Source of the DNA: a virus
Length of the DNA: 6,128 nt
Strand: one strand, 5' to 3'
IMG/VR virus record: IMGVR_UViG_3300020040_000009
Coordinates: 1 to 6,128 of that record
Shown here: in pieces, positions 1-5,798 of the stretch
How positions within the stretch are numbered: the first letter of the stretch is position 1
Layout of the letters: the number at the start of each line of letters is the position of its first letter
Program-made: the position numbers and the translations under genes
The notes under the pieces: model-generated
What the model saw: only the letters and a program-made list of their open reading frames with translations
Databases searched by the model: none
What the model was told of the DNA's origin: nothing

Positions 1-93
1 CGTTCGGGGCGGTTCTCCGAACCGCGAAATGCGTCACCTCGCCACAATGGTGTAAACAATTGAATAAAGAACGATAGAAAAATGCGCGGCCTC
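1..93. repeat. Terminal redundancy, copy 1: identical to 6036-6128. This is the overlap of a circular 6,035-nt genome, not a biological repeat.
   Basis: Read base by base, 1-93 (cgttcggggcggttctccgaacc...aaaaatgcgcggcctc) equals 6036-6128 with no mismatch. The window ends exactly at the end of the match. The content is a small circular ssDNA phage genome. Confidence 0.93.
9..25. other. Stem-loop in the large intergenic region (7-bp stem GCGGTTC/GAACCGC, 3-nt loop), with a mutually exclusive alternative pairing GTTCGG (2-7) / CCGAAC (17-22). Function unknown. It recurs at 6044-6060 only because of the terminal redundancy.
   Basis: Direct complementarity: g9-c25, c10-g24, g11-c23, g12-c22, t13-a21, t14-a20, c15-g19. 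It lies in non-coding DNA between the 98-aa ORF and the 63-aa ORF. Confidence 0.4.
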
Positions 94-185
94 TCCTGCA
101 GTCGTTACCAATAACCTTCAGAAATTCACGAACTCTTCCAGAAGGGGTCCGCGCACGTAGCATATATCGTCAAGTAAAGAAAGAA

Positions 186-482
186 CTATTTTTCTTCAGA
201 ATTAGACGATTTTGAAGCAGACTTCGACCGATCTAGTTCTGAATCAATCAGTTCCTGGCCAACTTCAAGGCCGTCAAACTTATCCATACGAGAAAACGAA
301 TTAGGGTCAAAATCAATTTCGGGGTTGAACTTTTCGCCCTTGTCGAAGTCAGAAGGCGCGGCCGCCACGTCTGGACGACCAGGCAAAACGTCAACGGAGC
401 CAGAGCCATCGAGGACAGACATAATTCGCTGACCGCGAGAAACGTAAGCGGGAGCGTCTTCGAGTAACCAATCAAGTGCCAT
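186..482 (-). CDS. Hypothetical acidic protein, 98 aa, immediately downstream of VP1. Candidate scaffolding or assembly protein (inference).
   Basis: ATG start (cat at 480-482) lies 12 nt after the VP1 stop, and the ORF ends with TAG at 186-188. It is on the same strand as all core genes. By hand count it has about 21 D/E versus about 11 K/R, with a Ser/Glu-rich tail (SKSASKSSNSEEK). I recognise no family motif. Confidence 0.6.
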   Translation of the reverse strand: MALDWLLEDAPAYVSRGQRIMSVLDGSGSVDVLPGRPDVAAAPSDFDKGEKFNPEIDFDPNSFSRMDKFDGLEVGQELIDSELDRSKSASKSSNSEEK

Positions 483-494
483 AAAATTAATGTA

Positions 495-2294
495 TTAACG
501 ATTAGACAAACGGGTTGCAAATGTCTTATTAATCAAGTTCTTCTTCTGAACCGAGTAAGACATATTTACAAAGAAATTATCCTCTACATTAGAGGCAAAG
601 GGCGAATTAACCTGAGCCATATCCACAAAAAGCGCAGGATAGTAATTGGTGCTGGCGGAGCCTACATACGAAAAACCAAGCGAGCGCTGCTGTACCCAAT
701 ACGAGTAAAGAGCTTTGGGGATACCTAAAGAAGGGGAAGGATAAGAAGATAGAGAGCCTAATACTTCATCATAAGACGAACGAAACTCGTTAAAACAAGG
801 TTCGTAGGCGACGGAGAGGCCAAGGTTTGAGCCCGCAGCATTACTAAAAAGCCGCGCGGCGGGGACATCCTGATATCCAATATCGTTATATATAGGATTA
901 AAATAATCCGACCCTTGATAGTTTAAATAATCGGGGGTAATGCCGCTCCAAAAATAAACAGGTCGAATGCTCAGCATGTCAATCATATAGCCAGGCTCGC
1001 GAAAATAGTAAGACTGCCGGCGGCCTAACCTATCGTTAAAAGCGATAGCGCCACCTTGTTGTCCCAGGGGGCCATTTACACTCGAGCCAGAGAAATTGTT
1101 TTGTCCGGCCTGATTCATAACAATCTGAACATTAACAGTCTGAGAGGCGCTAAAAAGAAGCTTAGGACGGTCTACATGCTCAATCTTGGAGGCAAAAAAT
1201 GTCTCCAGCCAATCACTATAACGACTACCCCCAGCGCCGAGAAGGTCTTTATATTCCTGAAGGCGAGAGGCGATAGCCAACTGCGGAATAGTGTTTACTC
1301 CGGTCATGGAAACGGCGGACGAAGAACCTACGGGAATAAGGCGGCTGAAACGATCAGGGTTCGAAGGCACAACAGCCATAGGATGCGCAAACAAAAAGGC
1401 TGCAACACTAGAGAGAGGGACATCGCCTGCAGTGACGGAAAACTGACCAACAGGGCCGCCGCCGACAACGATGCTAGCACCACTGGGCAACGTGGAAGAA
1501 ACGGGGTAGCCGTCTTGATCGCCGCCCGAAGGGAGTTGAGAGTCGATTATCTGGAAAAACAAATTGCCTCTATTGAAAGTATTATTCGTGCTCGAGACGG
1601 CCGATGGGTAAAACTGACTCTCAAAATAAGCGTCGAGAAACTCTAGATTAGCGAACTCTTGCTTAAAAAATGAAGATTCCTCAGCAAAAAAATAGGAGCT
1701 GTCCAGAATCGACCAAGAAGCAGGCCACGCAATCGAAAATAAAGACCACTGCGAGTAGCTATAGTAATTACGAACGATGTCCCAATAAGCTAAATACGTA
1801 TCGGCGTTCGCCCACTGATTGACTGCGGCACCAGCAGGAAGACTGGCAGTATAGGGAGGTTGATTAGAAAGCTGAAGCGATGTCTTATTGGAGACGCGGA
1901 GCCAAGACATGAGCGAATTGGGAAAGGCTCGCGAAGTACCAAGGGCGGAATTAGGGGTAGAGGTTCCGGAAGTGCCAACAAGGGCAGTAATCCAATTCAA
2001 GCTCAAATCATTCATATCAAACTTACTGCTATTCGTACGCATCTCAGGATGATACAGTTGAAGCGGCACCCAGAAACGGTGAAGCCGAACAGTGTAAGGA
2101 TTGAATGTCGGAACAGCCAAGGGGTTGCTGCGAACGTCGATGCCCTGTTCAATAGACACACGGTCACGAGCGTTAATAAAATCGATTCGCACCGGATAAA
2201 GAATGCCCGGTGTGCATGTAAAAGCCTTACTCTCAGGAACATCGTAACGAGAGTAGCCATTTACAACGTGTGAAATGAAAGGTTGTTTTCCCAT
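495..2294 (-). CDS. VP1: Microviridae major capsid protein (VP1; phiX174 gpF / Phage_F family), 599 aa
   Basis: Largest ORF, ATG start (cat 2292-2294), TAA stop at 495-497. The N-terminal pattern TPGILYPV...DRVSI...VRSNPLAVPTFNPYTVRLHRFWVPLQLY matches the G-x-L-x-P ... P-x-F ... F-(F/W)-V-P-L-x-L arrangement I recall from Chlamydia-phage and gokushovirus VP1. Size and position directly after the Rep gene fit a microvirus. Confidence 0.93.
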   Translation of the reverse strand: MGKQPFISHVVNGYSRYDVPESKAFTCTPGILYPVRIDFINARDRVSIEQGIDVRSNPLAVPTFNPYTVRLHRFWVPLQLYHPEMRTNSSKFDMNDLSLNWITALVGTSGTSTPNSALGTSRAFPNSLMSWLRVSNKTSLQLSNQPPYTASLPAGAAVNQWANADTYLAYWDIVRNYYSYSQWSLFSIAWPASWSILDSSYFFAEESSFFKQEFANLEFLDAYFESQFYPSAVSSTNNTFNRGNLFFQIIDSQLPSGGDQDGYPVSSTLPSGASIVVGGGPVGQFSVTAGDVPLSSVAAFLFAHPMAVVPSNPDRFSRLIPVGSSSAVSMTGVNTIPQLAIASRLQEYKDLLGAGGSRYSDWLETFFASKIEHVDRPKLLFSASQTVNVQIVMNQAGQNNFSGSSVNGPLGQQGGAIAFNDRLGRRQSYYFREPGYMIDMLSIRPVYFWSGITPDYLNYQGSDYFNPIYNDIGYQDVPAARLFSNAAGSNLGLSVAYEPCFNEFRSSYDEVLGSLSSYPSPSLGIPKALYSYWVQQRSLGFSYVGSASTNYYPALFVDMAQVNSPFASNVEDNFFVNMSYSVQKKNLINKTFATRLSNR

Positions 2295-2297
2295 AAA

Positions 2298-3368
2298 TTA
2301 AATAATTAGTTGAAGTTTATAGTGATCTCTCCAAAACTGAAGAATATCCAAATCTAGCCAAGTAGGGGGGTCAAAATCGGGCATCTTCCGAGAAGACGCA
2401 GAGAAGCGCATTATTTGCTTTTGCTCCCACGTGTACGACGCTCTACGGGATACGGCGGAATTGAGATTGAACCGATCAACGCACAAAGACACAATACGCT
2501 TAACCAAAGAAGACTTGCTAAAATGTGCGTAAGCATCAGCAGCGGCAATCGAACGAACAACTTCGTCCTCCTGTTTAAGGTATCGGTGGTAATAGCGAGG
2601 AATCGAGTAATTAAAATTGACACTAGTCTTAAAATCAAAATAAGACCACGACGAAACACAAGCAGAAGGACGAGGCATATAACCGAGAAAATCACCAACG
2701 CCAGCAGATACGAATTTTCGCGTATAACGGCGATGTTGGAGAAGGATAGCCAAAGGTGTAATTTTTCCATTTAAGGTAACAAATTTATCCGAGATTTCCT
2801 CGGGGTTAAACTGAATTTGCTTAGTAACATACTTAACGCAGTAACGAGCACGCTTGTGTGTTGCCTTACCGAGCCACACAAAACCAAGGTCGCCAACAGC
2901 TTTCCGAATCTCATTATATAAAACATTGGTCCCAAAAAGGAAACCATGAAAATGAAGGCGAGGTTCAGATCCGATTTCCGGGTGAGTGCCAAACTCCTGA
3001 AAAAACGCATGTTTAAAAGAATGGCCAATTTTATGGCGGACACGCTCGTTCCATCGTCGAATAAAACTAGAAGGGTCGAGTAACGCTTCGTTGTAATACT
3101 TCGGAGCAATCGTTATAGTAATGAAAATAGCCTGCTGGTCATTAGCCTTACAATGGGCGAGCTCACGCTCTAGGCGGACAAACCAGTCGTTACGCTGACG
3201 GCGCAAGCAGTCTTCACACTTTCCACAAGGAACCATCAGCCACTGACGGGCGATGTCCCAGGGTCGAAGAGCTAAAGCCGACTTGGCGACGTCAGAACCA
3301 TTACGACAAGGATTCTTCTTGTCGAAATAGCGCCGATTACGTATCCATATGGGAGAAGAGCAAGCCAT
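2298..3368 (-). CDS. VP4: Rolling-circle replication initiation protein (VP4; HUH endonuclease, phiX174 gpA-like), 356 aa from the ATG at 3368. The ORF track extends it to a TTG at 3389 (363 aa).
   Basis: RCR motif I is AIFITITI (about 3108-3125). The HUH motif is LHFHGFLF, with HFH encoded by atgaaaatg at 2946-2954. The double-tyrosine motif YCVKYVTK (2820-2843) matches YxxKYxxK of phiX174 gpA. A Cys cluster CGKCEDC lies at 3207-3227. The codon at 3389 is TTG, whereas the in-frame ATG at 3366-3368 overlaps the upstream ORF stop as TAATG. TAA stop at 2298-2300 is followed by TTT and then the VP1 ATG. Confidence 0.9.
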   Translation of the reverse strand: MACSSPIWIRNRRYFDKKNPCRNGSDVAKSALALRPWDIARQWLMVPCGKCEDCLRRQRNDWFVRLERELAHCKANDQQAIFITITIAPKYYNEALLDPSSFIRRWNERVRHKIGHSFKHAFFQEFGTHPEIGSEPRLHFHGFLFGTNVLYNEIRKAVGDLGFVWLGKATHKRARYCVKYVTKQIQFNPEEISDKFVTLNGKITPLAILLQHRRYTRKFVSAGVGDFLGYMPRPSACVSSWSYFDFKTSVNFNYSIPRYYHRYLKQEDEVVRSIAAADAYAHFSKSSLVKRIVSLCVDRFNLNSAVSRRASYTWEQKQIMRFSASSRKMPDFDPPTWLDLDILQFWRDHYKLQLII

Positions 3369-3568
3369 TAGAAAATACTTCGAAGACAATCAAATTTAAT
3401 ACTAGGATGATCAAGACGACAGCGAACGAGATAATCTCTCGCAGGACCCTCGTCAACAAACCAAGCAACAACAACTCGCTTTTTACCTCTGAATGCGCCA
3501 ACGGAATAGCAATAAGAAACGTTATCAACAATAGGAAAAAACCTAGGCCTGAAATCAAAATTATCCAT
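3368..3568 (-). CDS. Hypothetical protein, 66 aa, apparently translationally coupled to VP4
   Basis: ATG start (cat 3566-3568). The TAA stop (3368-3370) shares one base with the VP4 ATG (TAATG). The sequence looks globular, not low-complexity (…RVVVAWFVDEGPARDYLVRCRLDHPSIKF…). It is on the same strand as all core genes. No family recognised. Confidence 0.5.
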   Translation of the reverse strand: MDNFDFRPRFFPIVDNVSYCYSVGAFRGKKRVVVAWFVDEGPARDYLVRCRLDHPSIKFDCLRSIF

Positions 3569-3805
3569 AATATAAAAACATTACTCTGCGCTTCGAAAGA
3601 CGGTACTTTCGAATGCGAAAACTACTACGTTTCGCCGACCGACAGCCTAACGGCTGGGACGCTGCGCGTCTTCGGTCTCCGTGGCTCCACTTCGTGTGGG
3701 ATATACCGGCAAAGCCGGTGAATACAAAAGCCCACAGGAGAAAGGAATATCTCCTGGGGCCTAGTGAGTCAAAGGACCCTTCCACCAAGTGGGCGGGTAA
3801 CTACT
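3569..3805. other. Structured non-coding region: a tandem array of at least 7 stem-loops, GC-rich relative to its flanks, separating the two gene blocks
   Basis: Stems seen directly: 3592-3599/3606-3613 (8 bp, extendable to 11 bp with one bulge over 3589-3617); 3615-3620/3630-3635 (6 bp); a three-way junction at 3637-3677; 3687-3690/3696-3699 (4 bp); 3705-3710/3714-3719 (6 bp, AAA loop); 3730-3760 (11 bp with one bulge); 3782-3785/3789-3792 (4 bp). Hand count for 3631-3700 is 47 of 70 G+C. The only minus-strand ORF here needs a TTG start. Confidence 0.6.
3721..3760 (-). terminator. Rho-independent terminator candidate ending the 63aa-VP2-106aa-107aa transcription unit
   Basis: The minus strand reads GCCC-CAGGAGA-TATTCCTT-TCTCCTG-T-GGGC followed directly by TTTTGTATT. 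That is an 11-bp stem (one bulged base), an 8-nt loop and a T-tract, starting 45 nt after the stop of the 107-aa gene (3806-3808). Confidence 0.55.
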
Positions 3806-4129
3806 TTAGTTCCCTTTCCCTTCTTCTTCCGACGAGCTTTCATCATCTGTCAAATCAAGATCAAACATAAGAACGAGAGTGTTATCGAAAAACTCGATCG
3901 AAAAATTCGGATACGAGATCAGAGCTGCGATCAGGCCCAAAACAGAATGATGCTCGATGTAGGGCAAGTCAGAAACGCTGGAACACTCTAAATACTTTGA
4001 AACAGGAGCACACTTAAGAGTGTCAAGAGGAAGTGTCGTAAACTGGCCACCTTCGAAAGAGCCTACCTGGACAAGATCGACCTTAAAAGCAGGATTAATA
4101 CGACGAATAACAACATGAATCTGCGTCAT
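3806..4129 (-). CDS. Hypothetical protein, 107 aa, with a strongly acidic C-terminal tail (FDLDLTDDESSSEEEGKGN). An alternative upstream ATG at 4207 would give 133 aa.
   Basis: The ATG at 4127-4129 lies 7 nt after the stop of the upstream 106-aa gene, and the TAA stop is at 3806-3808. The longer version would overlap the upstream gene by 71 nt and add only a hydrophobic out-of-frame-looking segment. No family recognised. Confidence 0.55.
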   Translation of the reverse strand: MTQIHVVIRRINPAFKVDLVQVGSFEGGQFTTLPLDTLKCAPVSKYLECSSVSDLPYIEHHSVLGLIAALISYPNFSIEFFDNTLVLMFDLDLTDDESSSEEEGKGN

Positions 4130-4136
4130 AACGATA

Positions 4137-4457
4137 TTATTTAAAATTATTTTGAAAGTCAGCGCAAAAACGACGCCAAGCGAAAGACAGGTCAGACCAA
4201 AAGGCATAGCCTTCGGGTGTGTCAGTGAATAAGAAACTCATAGAAATAAGATCGCCTATGCCTAAATGAGACGAATGCAATGCATTTTGAATTCGATGAC
4301 GAAGCAAAGCTCGAAATGCATCCTTGCGTTTCACACCAAACCCGCAGTTTGATCTAAAAGCAGAAAATACACCTCGACGGCAAAGCCACTCGACGAACAG
4401 GTAGTCTACAGCGTCAAGTGTCAATTGAGAAATCGTTGAAACACGAGTCTTTTTCAT
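4137..4457 (-). CDS. Hypothetical protein, 106 aa, basic and Trp-rich at the C-terminus (…FTDTPEGYAFWSDLSFAWRRFCADF…)
   Basis: ATG start (cat 4455-4457) follows an 80-nt AT-rich spacer after VP2, and the TAA stop is at 4137-4139. Same strand as the core genes, with non-repetitive protein-like composition. No family recognised with confidence. Confidence 0.6.
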   Translation of the reverse strand: MKKTRVSTISQLTLDAVDYLFVEWLCRRGVFSAFRSNCGFGVKRKDAFRALLRHRIQNALHSSHLGIGDLISMSFLFTDTPEGYAFWSDLSFAWRRFCADFQNNFK

Positions 4458-4537
4458 AATAATGAAGTTATTGGTTTACGATGTAAAAATAAGCAAAAAT
4501 AACCAAACCACAAAATTCAAAAAGTCGAAAAAACTGT

Positions 4538-5797
4538 TCAATTTCTCTCATGATAGTTACGACGAGTATAGGTGCTACCAGTCGGGGTTCCCGAAGGGCC
4601 ATACACCTCTCTAAATTCCTCGTAACCTTCAGGGCCAGCAGGGCCTGCGGCCTTGCGACCAACGTAGGAAGCACCGGCGATGCCTGCGGCAGTAGCAAAA
4701 GATCGAACAACGTCGTGAGCAAGACGAAGTCTAGAGTTGCGCAAATCCCAACGAGTATTGCCTACTTCAAGTTGGGCAGCTTCAGCGGCAGCAGTCTTTA
4801 GAATAGACATAGTTTCGGCAACTTTCATCATCTTCGTCTCAACGACTTCACCCTTATCATTACGAATCTGAACAGGAACTTCCTTCTCCCAGTTGAGCTC
4901 AAACCAATTCTGTAAATCCTTGAGTTCTTGGTAGTTAAGCTTAGTCCGAGATTTAGACTCAGCAGCGGCAGAAACATTGGCAATGGCTGAGGACCAGGCA
5001 ACCGCAAGTGCAGCACCGGCTTCAGATTCGAACCAATCATTGGTTTTGCGAAGATTCTGGTACTTTTCTTCCAGAATGCCAGCCATAGCCATGATGGAGG
5101 ACATCTTATAACCTTGTGTAATATTGGACAGATAAGCGTCAATTGCAACAATTTGAGCCTGCGCCTCACGAAGGTTAGCAAGCTCGCGGGCATCCTTGAC
5201 ATGGTGCTCGGCAATCTGCAACTCAAATTTATCCATTCGCTCTCGCCACTCTTGCGTGTGAGTGTTACCTCGGAGGTTAGCAGCCTCTGCATCATCTCGA
5301 TTTGCGGCAGCAGTATTGCGATCAACCGTAGACTGCGCAACCATATTTTGAGCGATAGAGGTGGGGTCTGCAGGTGCGAAACCACCGGGAGCGACCGGAG
5401 AGCCGCCGGAAGGTCCGGAGGCGGAGGGCATAGATGCAGAACCGCCTGACATAGTGGCGTTTACTCCAACACCGGAAGAACCTAAAACGGCAGCAGGGGT
5501 TACACCGGCCTTCAGATAACGGTCAAAAACCTTCGTAGGGTCATTGTAAGCATTCTCGTAATCGAACTGTCTCTGCCAATTAGCGTAGGAGAGCTCAGAT
5601 TGTTTTTGCATTTGCTCTAAAGCGTACTTCTGCTGAAGAGCCATTTGTTTTTGCTGAAATTTCCACTGACGGCGAGCGTTCATGCCTCCAAAAAGTTGAC
5701 CGAGCGCGCCAGAGATTAAACCGGTAGTACCGGTAGATGCAGCCGACTGGCCAAGAGCCTGGCCAAAAGATGCGACGGCAGCGGCAGGAACAGGCAT
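4538..5797 (-). CDS. VP2: Microviridae minor capsid / DNA pilot protein (VP2; functional analogue of phiX174 gpH), 419 aa
   Basis: ATG at 5795-5797, TGA at 4538-4540. It has a Gly/Ala/Ser-rich N-terminus, then a Q-rich segment (RRQWKFQQKQMALQQKYALEQMQKQ). The block YENAYNDPTKVFDRYLKAGVTPAAVLG resembles the Y-N-(S/D)-P ... AG-(L/V)-(N/T)-P motif I recall in microvirus VP2 proteins. A long predicted helical/coiled region follows (…ELQIAEHHVKDARELANLREAQAQIVAIDAYL…). Second-largest structural ORF. Confidence 0.85.
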   Translation of the reverse strand: MPVPAAAVASFGQALGQSAASTGTTGLISGALGQLFGGMNARRQWKFQQKQMALQQKYALEQMQKQSELSYANWQRQFDYENAYNDPTKVFDRYLKAGVTPAAVLGSSGVGVNATMSGGSASMPSASGPSGGSPVAPGGFAPADPTSIAQNMVAQSTVDRNTAAANRDDAEAANLRGNTHTQEWRERMDKFELQIAEHHVKDARELANLREAQAQIVAIDAYLSNITQGYKMSSIMAMAGILEEKYQNLRKTNDWFESEAGAALAVAWSSAIANVSAAAESKSRTKLNYQELKDLQNWFELNWEKEVPVQIRNDKGEVVETKMMKVAETMSILKTAAAEAAQLEVGNTRWDLRNSRLRLAHDVVRSFATAAGIAGASYVGRKAAGPAGPEGYEEFREVYGPSGTPTGSTYTRRNYHERN

Positions 5798-5798
5798 A

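Noticed and set aside
79-155. Possible terminator after the 98-aa ORF. On the minus strand, TGCGCGG (149-155) can pair with CCGCGCA (83-89), followed by TTTTTCT.
   Set aside because: The 7-bp helix would enclose about 59 nt with no convincing internal structure, unlike an intrinsic terminator hairpin. It may still mark the end of block B, but I cannot support calling it as a feature.
1056-2273. Long plus-strand ORFs antisense to VP1 (1056-1646, 196 aa; 1860-2273, 137 aa)
   Set aside because: They lie entirely antisense to a confidently identified capsid gene. Their products are low-complexity and Arg/Lys/Gly-rich with no motifs. Microviridae transcribe a single strand, and long antisense open frames are a common by-product of codon bias.
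3560-3591. dif-like (XerC/D) motif. The minus strand reads GCGCAGAGTAATGTTTTTATATTATGGATAAT, sharing the GCGCA, TAATGT and ATATTATG blocks with E. coli dif (GGTGCGCATAATGTATATTATGTTAAAT). This is of interest because Bacteroidota microvirus proviruses have been proposed to integrate through Xer recombination.
   Set aside because: Extra bases (GAG and TTTT) disrupt the 11-6-11 arm and spacer geometry. The region is AT-rich, so partial matches are expected, and the ATG inside it is the start codon of the 66-aa ORF. I cannot recall a Bacteroidota dif consensus to compare with. It should be rechecked against host dif sites and provirus junctions.
3589-3635. tRNA-like T-loop string TTCGAAT (3608-3614) and neighbouring hairpins
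   Set aside because: The flanking bases do not form a 5-bp T-stem around a 7-nt loop. No acceptor, D or anticodon arms with tRNA spacing can be drawn on either strand. TTCGAA is simply part of the palindromic 8-bp stem.
3806-4207. Longer 133-aa version of the 107-aa gene, starting at the ATG at 4207
   Set aside because: It would overlap the 106-aa gene by 71 nt in another frame and add only a hydrophobic segment (MPFGLTCLSLGVVFALTFKIIL). The ATG at 4129 sits 7 nt after the upstream stop, matching the tight tandem packing elsewhere. This is not excluded: the extension could be a signal or anchor sequence.
248-5385. Same-strand alternative-frame ORFs 248-520, 1790-1981, 2012-2260, 2771-3109, 4468-4722 and 4828-5385
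   Set aside because: Where I checked the first codon (520, 3109 and 4722 are TTG; 5385 is GTG) it is not ATG. All are nested in or overlap better-supported genes, and their Leu/Arg-rich hydrophobic composition is typical of shifted frames. Only the ATG-initiated 2411-2770 ORF was kept as a low-priority finding. The 185-aa frame inside VP2 should be included in any synonymous-constraint scan.
2415-5449. Other plus-strand ORFs (2415-2774, 3407-3721, 3613-3870, 3764-3991, 4550-4801, 5114-5449)
   Set aside because: Each is antisense to a minus-strand gene or crosses the hairpin region. None has a recognisable motif, and calling any of them would break the otherwise uniform single-strand organisation.
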